A DNA stretch of 64,000 nucleotides from Paragordius varius. Lineage: Eukaryota; Animalia; Nematomorpha. A program made the position numbers and the translations under genes. The notes under the pieces are model-generated. The model was not told where the DNA came from, did no database searches, and saw nothing but the letters and a program-made list of their open reading frames with translations. The first letter of the stretch is position 1. Every line of letters begins with the position of its first letter. The DNA is taken from positions 3,596,001 through 3,660,000 of the forward strand of contig OZ176055.1 in NCBI GenBank assembly GCA_964247055.1. Reading direction: 5' to 3'. Of this stretch, positions 28,701 to 41,623 are shown piece after piece.

Positions 28701-29126
28701 CCAAATTTAACCTTATACAAAATTAATCATAGCAGACGTTATAATTAAAATTATTGATCGTTTAATAATGTATTACTGTTAGATTATTTTCAAATAAATA
28801 AAACACATATGATAAATTTCTCTCATAAACCAAACCAAACTAACTTAGCCCCGTTTTACAAAAACTTTGATAAATAGATAATTATTATTTTTTTGTACTT
28901 CCACAATACAGATGATCCAATTATTGTGATTGAAGACCTAACCCCAAACACGAAATATGATTTTGAAGTGGTAGCAGTTAATTCCGTAAACCCTGGCCTA
29001 CCATACACCCAAATCATATCAACCAACAATGATATTACAGCCTCAAACGCTCCCTCAATTCAGTTGTTTAATTTAATTTGGTTGACATTAATATCTTTGC
29101 TTGTGACTTCATCCTTATTGTATTAA
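20849..29126 (+). CDS. GPI-anchored Ig-superfamily adhesion protein, NCAM/Fasciclin-II-related: leader + 3 Ig + 1 FN3 + hydrophobic tail
   Basis: Phase-consistent exons: 20849 (or 20765)-20996, 25372-25510, 26301-26446, 26705-26830, 27398-27538, 27880-28058, 28140-28239, 28321-28494, 28912-29126. Ig motifs ICEG..W..DQGDYVC, TCKI..WRRNG..DDANYTC, LTCETDGNPKPRIEW..DYAMYTCRAENNMG; FN3 PEDDGGRPIESY..DLTPNTKYDFEVVAVN; C-terminal LFNLIWLTLISLLVTSSLLY with no cytoplasmic tail. First exon is less certain. Confidence 0.85.
27589..27812. mobile_element. Short hAT-like MITE in intron
   Basis: Termini CAGTGGTACTCA and ACTATCACTG; subterminal GCCACATGCGG..GGGTCGCGG; TSD only 5/8. Confidence 0.5.
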
Positions 29127-30229
29127 TTGTAGATTTATATTATATTACCTTCAAATTAGATATACTGTAACTACTAACAAATCAAAGGGGTTTTTTCCGT
29201 CATTCACATATAAAATTTTTATATTATTTCATAGCTTTAACTTAATTGTAAATATATAATTGTAATGGCTCCTTACTTATTCATACCAAAATAAACCAAT
29301 TATACTATCTTTTAGATCGATTTTTTTCATATTATTTTACGTATCGATATTTTACACTGTGCCTAATTTATTTGTCCCATAATTTAGTTTCATTATACTT
29401 ATAACCATAATATGCATTTTGTTCGCATGCCAATCCATATATATTCACTTTTTTATGAAAACAAATTAATATTCTGTTTTTTAAAACACTAATATTTCTG
29501 CTTTCTTTGACCAAAGAATTTTTCGTTTTCTAAGAAGACATCTTATTATAGTGAAAGAATATATATCATTTATTATTATTCATTTTTTTTGGGATGATTT
29601 AGGATACGATATCCAACCCTCTGTATAAAATGTATATATATAATTTCATATCAATATATAACATATATATAATAATTTATATTACTAATAATAATTATAT
29701 ATGACGAATTGAGTGATGATTGATTATATTAATAAATAAAAATATAACTTTCAACTTATGATTAGATGGCCTAGACATCAGAATTGCATTTACTAAAATA
29801 ATAGCAAGTTAACATTAAAATATAAACTCCTAAAAATATCTATGAAAAATTCAAATAATTTTTGTTCTCGTCTTATCCCTATATAAAAAATAGAGGCCAA
29901 AAAATAAATATTGCTTACTTATTATCCCGTTAAACACAGGTTTTTATAATAATCGTCTCTCTATTTAAGCTAAGTAATATGTTTTAAATCAGGGATGTCC
30001 AACACGCTTTTTTCGGTACTAAAAAGGGCTCTAAAAAAATATTTAAAAATTGGATTTCAATCATAAGTTTACGATTATTTAATAGATATATCATCCAAAA
30101 TTGGTGACATTCTTTTTATTAATTATGTTTTTTATTATTTTTTTATTTCCATTACCTCTATTTATTGCAAATTATCAAGAATAATTATTAATGAGACTAC
30201 GCCACAGCGAAGCGTGACAGGGCAAAGAA

Positions 30230-31192
30230 ACGCGTGACTAAAATTTTTGCCTTTTAACAGGCAATACGAAAAATCTTTCTCGAATTTTTACAGTCTCATA
30301 CCGTGGGCAAAAAAATACAATCAAAAAAATATTTTTGTGGACTTTGTTTTTTTTGAAAAAAATGGCATTTTACGGGGGTAGCGGGTAAAAAGAGGGCCTA
30401 AATCAAAAAAGTGACTCGACTATGTTTGGCGCAATCGAAAATAACTAAATAAAAATCATATTTGAAATTGAATGTTCCAACACGTTCTCCAAAAAATTGA
30501 CTTAACTTAATTTTCACACGGGGTGGGCCCGAACTGGGGACCTAATTCCAAAAAAGGGCGAAGCTATTGTCGGGGCATTCATTAATGATTATTTTTCTTC
30601 GATGTTTGGATTTGAATGGGTTCACCGGTTTTCCGGAAACAGATCACAAAGTTATATGAAAAATCAGTTTTTAGCGGGTAGCTCCTTACCCAGCAGCTAT
30701 CATCAAATAAACGGTGGACTAAAATTTTTGCCTTTTAACAGGGAATACGTGGAATCTTTATTGTTTACGGTCTCATACCTAGGGCGAAAAATCGATCTAA
30801 AAAATTATTTTTGTGGACTTTGTTTTTTGAAAAAGGTGGCATTTCACGGGGGAGCGGGTAAAAAGAGGGCCTAAATCAAAAAAGTGACTCGACTATGTTC
30901 TGCGCAATCGAAAATAAGTAAACAAAAATCATATTTGAAATTGAATGGTCCAACACGTTCTCCGGAAAATTGTCTCAAAGACACGATTTTTGTGGACTTC
31001 TGTTTTCAAAAAAAACCCGTTTTTCATACGGGGTGGGCCTGAACTGGGGGCCTATTTCAAAAAAATGGCAAAGCTATTGTCGGGGCATTCATTATTGATT
31101 ATATTTTTTCGATATTTGGATTTGATTGGGTCTACCGGTTTTCCTGTACCAGATCACAAAGCCAGCATTTTCCATTTTTATAAATATATAGA
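30230..31192 (-). mobile_element. Non-autonomous Helitron copy with internal tandem duplication
   Basis: 5' A|TCTATATATTTATAAAAATGG at 31192; the body block (GCGGGTAAAAAGAGGGCCTAAATCAAAAAAGTGACTCGAC) occurs twice, near 30380 and 30855. Confidence 0.7.
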
Positions 31193-32665
31193 TTATGTTA
31201 AAGAAACTACTTTTTCTGTGCATATTATATGTGATATGAACACTTCTTGAAGAGTAATTTTATACCCGAGAGCCATTTAAAATTTAAAAAAATATTTTAA
31301 AAAATATATAAGATATGGTTTTTAGCCTTTTAATACAAAAAATTTTCTTTCAAAAATGCAAAATTGGAAAAAAATTTCATTCCCAACCTTTTCGCTACAA
31401 TTTATTTATTGTCCATATTGAAATACTCACCAAATTAATGTTTAGATGGTTAAAAAATGTAAATAATTAATTTTGGAAAGCTAAATTAACATTTTAGCAA
31501 ATTTTTTATCTTTATAAGATTTTAAAAACAACTGTTTGCTTCAATCGTGTTTTGAAGCTATCTCATTAAGAGACTATAGAAGTTTTGTGAAACGAAAAAT
31601 TATAGGTTTATCTAATATAGGAGAAAAGATTGATTAACATTTGATTAACAAAACAGTTTATTTACGACTTTCAGCTCTGGTATAGAAATGTATTATAAAC
31701 TGCCGTACAAATTAAAATATTATAAATCGTTAAATTTAATTATAGCGCTATAAAATGCAATATTTTGCAAAAATGTGGTAAAAATGGCATCAAAATATTT
31801 TGGTATGTATTTATTATCGAAATTTATTTTATTTAAATATTTTGGCTTATTTATAATATTTTTATTAGGATAGAAGCATCAATTTAAATTAGAACCATCC
31901 CTTAAATAGTATGAATATTAATTTAAATATGGTCTGCGCTCACTACCCAATTTAAATTGAAGTAGATAATAGCTAATTGTTTTGTAATGAAGCAATTAGC
32001 ATTCACCAAAATATTTATTTAGCAAAATGTAAGCAAATTTTGCTATTTTCTGTATTTAGAAGTTACTACTAAAATGGTTATGACTTTTTTATAATGCCAG
32101 TACGGCCAAAAATTGAAAGAACTATTATCTAATAGATTCCTTATTTATTTACCAGAACAAATATATTTCATCAGGATATATATTGTGTGTGCACAATGTA
32201 AAGCCAAATAAAGTTTATTTTGATATTTGCCCAATTTATATTTTTAAAATATTTTAAATTAAATATTTCTGTGGTTTAAACCTTAATGATAATGAAGTGT
32301 TAATACTAGCCCAGATTACAAGGATTTAAGATATTTGGTGTCCACATCTAAAAACAAAATACTAAAAATATTTTGCTGGATAATTATAGTTTATATTTAC
32401 ACTGAGCTTCCACCAAAATTTTGACATAGGGTATGGAAGTTTTGCGATTTTTCAATATGAGACCATCACCATGAAAGCAATTTAACTTAAATCACTTGTA
32501 AGGGCCATAAAATTTTAAAAGCATTACCAGAAAATATACTGTTTTTTGCTGTTTTCTGTAAAAGCAATAAAAGATATTATCTAAGAATAATTTACTATTT
32601 TGTTTCAAACATATTTTTAACATTTGTTTTTTATTTGCACGCTTGACCCAACACACGTTTTTAGA

Positions 32666-35600
32666 ATGTATTGGTCTGTAATTTTAATTTCATTTTATTT
32701 GGCAAATCCCACGTTGGGACTCTATTCTTCAAGTGATGATGTTAAAATACTAACACCCGAAAAGCTGGATAAATTAAATGGCATAGCGATCGTAGAGTTT
32801 TACGCCGACTGGTGAGATATTTGAATATAATATTATTTGGAACACGAATATTTACATATATTTATTGAAAAATGGAATAGGTGTGGTCACTGCAAACAGT
32901 TCGCACCAGAATACAAAAAGCTCGCAACATACTTGAAAAAAATTGTAACAGTTGGCGCTCTTGATTCGGATAAATATAAAAATGACATTGGGAAATATGG
33001 AATTCGTGGATATCCTACCATTAAATTTATGGCAGATGGGAAATTAATTGATTATAATGGTTTACAAAAAATCATTAACGCTTATTTTAAAATATTTATT
33101 ATATTTCTAATTTCAGGTCAACGTACCGCAAGTGCAATTGTTGAGGAATTATTTAAACAAATGCGAGCCCTTGTTGATAAACGCATGGGACACAAATCCA
33201 AAAAATCCGACAAAAATCATGTAATTTTATAAATATATAGTAATAAAACATTTCGGATCATTTTTAACTGGATGCGGTCTAATTTTTAGATTTGTCCATA
33301 TTTTAACAATTTTGACTGTATATTTTAACTTTCGATAAAATTTAGGTGTTAAAAAACTCATAATAAAGACTAAGAATACGATTAAATAGTAGGAATCGAA
33401 CCATTTATCTTACTTTATTTTATCCATTTTAAAACCATTTGAATTCCGGTTTTAAACGGTTCTAGAATACTAATTTTTTAAATTTATTTGCCATTTATTA
33501 AAAAATTTGATGCGATGTAAACCTTATTTTTTTTATCTTATTTGTATCATGTTTTTTGATTCAGAAAAAATAGCATTCATAAAATATTTAGTTTATAGGC
33601 TTTTATTATTGTGACTTATTTCCCAATAGAACCCTTAATTTAAAATATGGAATCTGAAATTACCAGACTTAAAACTCCGGGAAATTATTTTAGCGAAAAG
33701 TCATAAAATCGGAACCATTTAATCAAGAACCGTTGTTTTTCTAACAAAATTGACTTTGAACCGGAACCAAAAAAAATTTCTTTTCAATCTCTGTTAAATG
33801 GTATAATTTTCTCAAATATTTTATTAACAAAAACATGTCTTTTTAACAGCCAATCTTTTTTACTTCTATTAAAGGTAATTGAATTAACCGATGACAATTA
33901 CTCTACCATGGTTATGAAAGATACGGCGAATGCTTGGTTAGTCGAATTTTTTGCTCCTTGGTGCGGACATTGTAAGCAATTAGCACCTGAGTGGGCTAGT
34001 GCGGCTTCAACGCTAAAAGACACGCCTGGCATTAAACTGGGAGCTCTGGATGCCACGGTTCACACTAGCACAGCGGCTAAATATCAGGTAATATTTATAA
34101 CACAATATGGGTAAGACCCCATACCTAGGGTTGTGCTGACCAAGTCATGACCAGGTCAGTGACTATTTATTTATTGACTACGGTCATTTTAAAAAAACAG
34201 CTGTTTTTCAAAAAATGTTGCTTACCAAAAAATGTACAATATTAACTTAAAAAAACGTGACATTATTAGTGAAACGCAAGTTTTAGCATTATTTTCACAA
34301 TCCAATATCGCATGGTATTTACTTAGGCAAAAAGTGGTCATGATCATGGTCTGACTTGACCGGACTTTTTTGTAAAAGCAGTCAAATGCACAACCCTACC
34401 CATACCACCTGCTCAATGTACTGGCAAAAGAACTCAAATCAATTAATTCTGATATATAAGCCAAATCAGGAAAAGATTGGAAAAAAACTTTTAACAGGGG
34501 TGTACTGCCATTTAATGGCGAAATCCTATACAAATGATGACGATGAGATAGTATATACAGCAAAAAGGCTGAAAATAGTGTAAAACATAAATTATAACGC
34601 TAAGACAATAATATTTCCCTTTGCTGGATTGTACTACTGGCATTATATTTAATGGGAAACTAGTGATGTATACTTGCTTATATTGTATCTTTGAGATGAA
34701 ATGTACCAATGTATGTATAGTCTTGTCTACCATGATTTGTTTAATCTTTGCGTAGAGAATCGATTGTGGTTTCTTTATATAGTTTTACGTAAACAATGAA
34801 CAGTAAAGTATGACGTAAAACAATATTAAACCATAAAAGAATAAAAAAATGTTTTGTTTAAAAATACAATTATAGTTGTATTTGCACATCCATAAAATCC
34901 CCTTGTTTTTTAAAAAAAACATTTTTTATTCGTCTATTATTTTTATTTTAAGGCTTAAGAGAATGCTCGTATTATCGTAACAATACATATATATATATAT
35001 ATATATAATTGTAACGATATGATGTTCACATCTACTAGACCCAGACCGTATCTCTTGTTAAAAAATAAGTATATGATTGATTTGACATAAACACTTTTTT
35101 ACGGTGTCGAATTAGAATACATTTTATGCCAAAATTCGATCAGTTTTGTTAAATTAAACCAAAAGGTATATACGCTTTTAAAATCAAATAACGGTTTATG
35201 CATGTAATATCAAAGTCCAAAAAGTTTGGAGTTAGTTTGCGATGATAAATTTTTAAAGTTGAAATTGTATTACAAAATTACACTCATTTTTAAGGCAAAA
35301 AGGGCTTATGGTTTTAATAATTATCCTATTTTTATCTTATTACAGTATTATTATATGGTTAATTTGTTTTTTGGAATTATTTAGGCAAATAAGTTTAATT
35401 ACACATTTTTTTGGCCTTATACTCAAAGTTTACCTAATATTTGGCATCTATTTCAATTAACAAATTAACGTTGTGTGTTTATATAAGTCCCAATTTTTAT
35501 GAAAAAAAAATATGTTTAATATTTTTCCTTGATGCATTAGATCCAAGGATACCCAACTATAAAATACATTGATCCAAACACTAAAGAAGTCATTGATTAC

Positions 35601-38434
35601 GATGGAGGTCGGTCCGCTTCCGCCATTGTGGATTGGGTCAAAAATAAATTGTTGGATAATGTTAAAGATCCTGAAATTTTGCAGGTATTTGATTAGAAAT
35701 TTTAATTAATATAAACCATCTCGATCATATTGAGTCAAATAAACTTTTCCTTTAATTAATTTTAAGTTTTTCAATAAAAAGGCCTAACTAATGAGCTCAT
35801 TTCTGTATTTAATAAAGGTCCTAGTTTTTAAGCTAAAGTTTGTGACCATAATATTAAGCTAAATAAAAAATATATAAATTACTTTTTATGTTTATTATCA
35901 TTAAAAAAACTAAGTACCAATTTAAATTTGTTTAAAACAATCTGATTTTTATTTTTCTTAAAAGCGCTGCCTTGTTCTGCATAATTGGATTTATTAAGGG
36001 TGATTCCTCTGTATTGAATTTCGCAATTGAATAAATAATAGTAATTGAAGAAAATTTGTCAAGTTAGACTTTTACAACTGTTATTAATATAATTCATTTT
36101 ATAGCAACTTACCATTTTTATATAGAGGCTAGTAATTAATACTTATGAATTTCAATATGATTTTTATATTATTGTTTTACAGATTACGAAACAATCTGTG
36201 CTTAAGGAGGCTTGTGATGAAAATACATTGTGCATTATTTCATTTTTACCTCATATCTTGGATTGTCAATCTGAATGTCGAAACAATTACCTTGAAATGC
36301 TCAAAAAAATTGGGGCCGAAAACAAAAAACATAAAATTGGGTATGTTAATATTTTCAGCACGTATACGTAACAATAATTTAAAATCTTGGAAATTTACAA
36401 TAATATGCTATACTATCTTAAAATATATGCCAGTTTTAGATTCTACCAGAATTGTAATTGTTTCATTGTAAATATAAAAATATTAAACATAAAAACTAAA
36501 TCAAATTTTTTTTTGTAATGCAAACCGATAAGTTATATTAAAAAAATAGGGTTTATGAGATTGTGTTTTTTAAAAAAAGTATTTGTATTTTTGTTTTTCC
36601 GTTCCGTTATGATTTCAAAATGCAATTATATAAATTTAAGGAAGTTGATTTTTTTATATATTTTTTTAATATCTACTAATAGATGGTTATGGTGCGAAGC
36701 TGGACAGCAACCCAACTTAGAAAAGGCTTTAGACATTGGAGGTTTTGGCTATCCAGTAATATTTTTTCATTATTATGAAATATATAAATATTTATACTCA
36801 TTCATTACCTTAAATTGTTTTCCACCTTACAGTCGATTTAAAATTTCAAATAATAATTAAAGGATTTCTGTGATGATATGCCAATAAATATGCATTCTAC
36901 GGTCTTTAAAATAATTTTAATGTAAAATTGACGAAATCCTCATTTCTAAATTCAACCGCCAAAATTTTTTGTATTTTTTATTGCAAAAAAACTAGCAAAT
37001 AAAGATGTATTGGCGTTATGTTTATTAAAAGTTTCAGGCTTCTAGGGTTTTTATGAAATATATTATTTCTCCTTTTTTCTTTAGGCAATGGTTGCTGTTA
37101 GCTCTAAAAAGAAGGTATATACGATATTGCGTGGTGCTTTCAGTGATTCTGGAATCCGAGAATTCATACGGTTTGAATGATTATACTTTTTTACAACTTT
37201 TATGTAGCAATTTTATATTGTCCAATTATGTCTTTTGGCATCAGATTATTAAAAGTTCCACAATATATATATGGATTGTTAAATAAGTAACAAAAAAACT
37301 GAATATACATTGTAATACAGTCATGTATATGTAGAATTGACAGAACTTCGTTTTTAAATGATTATAATTTGTTTTTAATTGTTTAAATGTTTGATATGTC
37401 AACTTTCAACATGCGCATTTTTAAGCATTAAAATAATAATTGCTTATTTATAGTAAATAATTAAAAACAGAGTAAAATCAATTAAAAACGTATATCTGAC
37501 ACTTCTAAACATACATTACTGTAAATAGAATTTCAAATCTATATAAATATAACCGTTACGATAATAAATTTGTTTTATTCTGTAATATATAGGGATATTG
37601 TGTTTGCAAAAGCGATTAGACCATCATCCTTGAATGAATCCGAATTTCAAAAGGTTAAGACCGTCAAAGGCTGGGATGGAAAAGATGGGAAGGTAAATAA
37701 TGTTAAAACATTCTTTTAAATTAAATGTTTTAATTATTTTTCGGAAAAAAAGGTTAAATAATTTTTCAGTATATATATATATCCCTGTTTTGTATATGTG
37801 CGTATTTTATAATTTTTTCCGTTATGATTATTTACTATAATTTTGGTGTAATTAATTTTTTTTTCGCAAATTTCGCTGTCTCGTTAAAATTTTTAAAATT
37901 CCATGACAAATATTTAATCAGAGTTTATCAATTTTTTTCGCAATTAAATTCGCTGTTTCGTTATAGATTTTAAGATTCATGACATATGTAATGTTAATCA
38001 TAATTAATTTATATTATACATCTGATATTATGCATCAATTTTTATGTTAGAATGTTGGATAATTACAAATCCTATTTCCTGACTTCGCAGACACTATATA
38101 AATACCGTTGTTTAAATAATAGTGAATTTAGAAGAATCTTTTTTATATATTTTTGAATAATGTTTTTTTCATTAAAATTGCCCCATTTAAGTTATATTCT
38201 TCCATTACAATAGCTTCATTCTGATAGCATTTTTTTAATTTTTTCTTTAATAATGCTTTCAATATTCCGCATTTTTTAAAACATCGCCCGCACATATACT
38301 TAATAGGGATTATTATTATTATTATGCTTTTTATTATTATGTTTGCACATATTTATAATTTAATTAACTCATTTTTTGTAAAAATAAAGTTGGAGGATGA
38401 AGAACCCGTTGTTATTGGACATAATGAACTTTAA
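32666..38434 (+). CDS. PDIA6: Protein disulfide-isomerase A6 (P5)
   Basis: Exons 32666-32811, 32881-33059, 33117-33220, 33875-34087, 35541-35684, 36183-36340, 36683-36755, 37085-37170, 37593-37692, 38390-38434, all phase-consistent. Signal peptide, two WCGHC thioredoxin domains, GYPTIK cis-Pro motifs, LPHILDC, GGFGYP, WDGKDG, C-terminal HNEL. Confidence 0.95.
34126..34398. mobile_element. hAT-type MITE with perfect TSD in PDIA6 intron
   Basis: TIR TAGGGTTGTGC / GCACAACCCTA; identical 8-bp TSD CCCATACC at 34118-34125 and 34399-34406. Confidence 0.88.
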
Positions 38435-38778
38435 ATCCTCTTTTATGCAAAAGTATTATAGAAAATATATGATGAACTATCTACATTTCATATATTTTTA
38501 ACCTTTGAGTTTTATTGTAAAAATGTATGCAACCATTTTGTTTTCCATTTTATTTATATTCTGTTTCTCTTTTCAAATGTAAAATTCTTTATGCTCAATA
38601 TTATGTTTAATTTTTAAAAGGAAAATCCTATTATATATTTTAATTTACTTACTCAACATATTTATGTGATTAAGTTCAACTCATACATGTACATTTATGA
38701 CATATTGCACATATCTTGGGCATTGCATCAAATAAATTTTTATACCAAATGAAATTTTAGATGTATAGATGCTTATTA

Positions 38779-39863
38779 CACTAGACAACAAATTTTAACT
38801 TTTTTTAACTGCCATTCTTGTAAATTTAAAATTTATTTAATTAAAGTACATAATAAGTATATCTGAAAAGAAAATTGGTCTGGCATTCAAGAATTTTTTT
38901 TTTATTTGAGTTTATCGATAATTTTTGACCCCGATTTAACATTAAATTCGAAATTTCGAAAATTAAAAGTTTTAGATATGCCATGTATTTTATATCATTC
39001 GAAAGAGAAAACTGCATCTTTTAAATGGTAGTAAGTCATTTAAATCAATCGGATGTAAAAGTTTGGATTTAAATGGTCGAAATTTTCAATCCTTAAATAA
39101 GTCAAGAATTTTCACAGACAAACTAATTTGAAAATCATATAAATTATTTTAATATAATTATTAGGATTAGTAATTAATTAAAAAAAAATAAAAAGCTTTT
39201 GGTTTGCTTTTTTAATAAAAATTATTATTATCATAAATATTTTACCTAGTGGATACTAAAATGCATAGTTATAACTGTAAATTTATTATATAATGGCTAT
39301 TAAAGATCAAAAATACCTTAAACTTTGTTTTTATCTTTAAAATTACGAAATTATCAGCCTCGTAAAGAAAAATTAATATTGATGAGATGGTAATTTTTAA
39401 AAAACAAACTTAAAAATATCTGTTTTGATTGACATAAAAGCAATAAAAAAATGTTTTAATCAGAAAACCTTTCTTGGCTTATCTTTTTTGGACATTCATC
39501 ACCATCTAAACAAAATTTGAGCTATTTTCATCCATTAGTTTTAAAAATAAAATAATTAAAAAAAATGCTCTCGCTTCGCGCGTTTGTCGCTCTTTGTGTC
39601 CAATACTAACTGTCGATGCAATACATATTAGTATGCATTTTATAGACTTTTTATTAATCTTTCGAATGATATATTACAAATGGGCATTGTATATTTTCTA
39701 AGAAAAACATTTTTTAGTAAAATTTTGATAAAGAGAGCGCATAATCAAAAAAATCAAATTATACAAACATCGAGTTATAAATTCTATTTCAGATTTACTG
39801 TTAAAATGATACTAAATATCAGAAAATTTAAAAAACTCGAGTGGCAGAAAAATTTGTTCAGTG
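38779..39863. mobile_element. CACTA/CMC-like non-autonomous element, copy 2
   Basis: TTA|CACTAGACAACAAATTTT ... AAAATTTGTTCAGTG|TTA (3-bp TSD TTA); colinear with 3352-4408. Confidence 0.78.
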
Positions 39864-40745
39864 TTATAATTAAAATTTAAAGTTTTTTGTCGTATCACAT
39901 TTTTATAAAAGGTAAAATTATAATTATTCTTATAATTTGTTTCATATATCTATTATAAAAAATGCCATTATCGGTTTAAATATTTTGGTAATTTTTAGAA
40001 ATATGGATAAAAATTTTGAAAGAATGCTGTATACTATTTACATAATTTAGTTGTCTTACAACATATCTAATTGTTACTAATGAAATATCATACAATTTAA
40101 TCATTTTTGTTTTACTCTTCCCTATTTAATATTTTGGACAGGAGATTGGATAAATTTTATAAATTACTAATACAAACAGGCTGTGTGTGATACTCATAAA
40201 TTTAGTTTTAATTTTTTTTTCGTAAGATTTAAACGGCTGATAATTTAAAATAAAAAATACTTCTCCTGTTTATAATCAAACCAACACAGTTCAGAAATCA
40301 TTAGCCAAAATATAGCTATTTAATAAATTACTTTAATATACAGAACCTATATGTGCTTACAACCAGATTAGCAGAAAATTTTGAAAATATTTTTTAACAA
40401 AAGTTATTATAACATTCATTTGGTTCCGGATTTTAGTTAATCTATTGGGAAAAAAATGTTACAAATTAAAATTTTAATTAATATATATATATATATATAT
40501 ATAGGAACCTCCATACTTTTAACATAGTTAAATATAAGCAATGTTTTATAGTTCTAAGAATTCGCTACTATAGAATCAAGAGATGGTTTAACACAATATT
40601 TATTCTTACCCTTCTTTACTATAACCAATTAAATAATCTAATGAAATTTAATTTTACCAAACAATTTATTGTATTTCCATTGATACCAATATAATTTATT
40701 TATTTTAACTATAATGAATATTTAAGGATAATAAGAATAATATAT

Positions 40746-41623
40746 TTAAAAAGCTAAGGTATTGTTGTTAGTTTCAAAAATTTTCATATACGGTATGAGA
40801 GAAAAACCCCGTTCTTGTTTAGATTCTGTTATGGGCAAAACTATATCAAAATCTGCGTGCAATTCTTTGTTTCGCTCTTTTCGGGCAATAAACATCTAAT
40901 TATATAAACAAATTAATTTACCGATAAGGCAGTATTTTGTTCAATTGTTTTAACATCTCTAGTCATTTTTTCAATTTCTTTGTCATAATTTTCAAATACT
41001 CCTTGATACTTGGGTTCAAGTTGGGACAAAAGTTGCGATATATCAATTGATTCATGTTTGTAATTTATATAATCCCTAAAAATTGTGTATCAGATAAAAA
41101 ATAATATAACCAGTTTTTTAAAAGATAACAATCAATGTTCCCAATTTAGGGAAGATTCTATAACATTTTGCTATAAAATCAGGGTGAGTGGGTTTTATTT
41201 AAAATTATTTTACTGTTTTAACTGTCGGAATTTATTTTCTGAGTTAGTGATTATAGCTTTATATGATGCCATTTCTGCATCCAGTTTTTCTATGAAGGCA
41301 GAAAGTTCATTTGTACAAGGTTTTTCTACAGTTATTTTTCTTTAGTAAACTAAATTTTTTTACTTTTTTAGAGGCTCTTCCTTGCACACAGATTCAATAT
41401 AAGTTTCAGGTACTAAAAAATATATAATTTTATAACTTTTTTTAACGGTTTCGCGTAAATTTATGCCATATAAATCTTCCAGTTGTAGATTTGTAAATTT
41501 CAATGCATCCAAAATTTGTTGAGGCATAATACTCTTTTCTAAAATAAAATTTTATTAACTTTTTATGTTACTACTGCTTACGCCAAATGTAGACCTACGT
41601 TTGGATTTGGTATTTTCTAACAT
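40746..41623 (-). CDS. Putative DSN1/Mis13-like kinetochore protein (about 205-210 aa as assembled; true start uncertain)
   Basis: Exons 41623-41582, 41533-41437, 41412-41364, 41339-41214, 41075-40922, 40895-40746 (an alternative first junction 41575/41538 is also in frame) give MLENTKSKRRSTFG..QILDALKFTNLQLE..ELSAFIEKLDAEMASYKAII..LEPKYQGVFENYDKEIEKM..IPYMKIF. Colinear similarity to remembered DSN1 motifs (RRKS, LLSSFQFSIQKLE, EMKEYITKFSLERQTWDQLL, KPDYQKILQNQ). Coding status about 0.85; orthology less sure. Confidence 0.6.

Noticed and set aside
8713-31250. Recurrent similar ORFs (8713-8925, 12926-13261, 13235-13438, 30602-30874, 30945-31250)
   Set aside because: They are incidental frames in copies of the same non-autonomous Helitron, occur in different frames and strands, and carry no known domain.
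33392-33402. Perfect Pol III B-box GGTTCGATTCC on the minus strand
   Set aside because: No cloverleaf; lies in an intronic repeat with AACCGG-type subterminal motifs.
34533-34572. Box C (ATGATGA) and box D (CTGA) in a PDIA6 intron
   Set aside because: Only about 40 nt apart with no terminal stem; too short for a C/D snoRNA.
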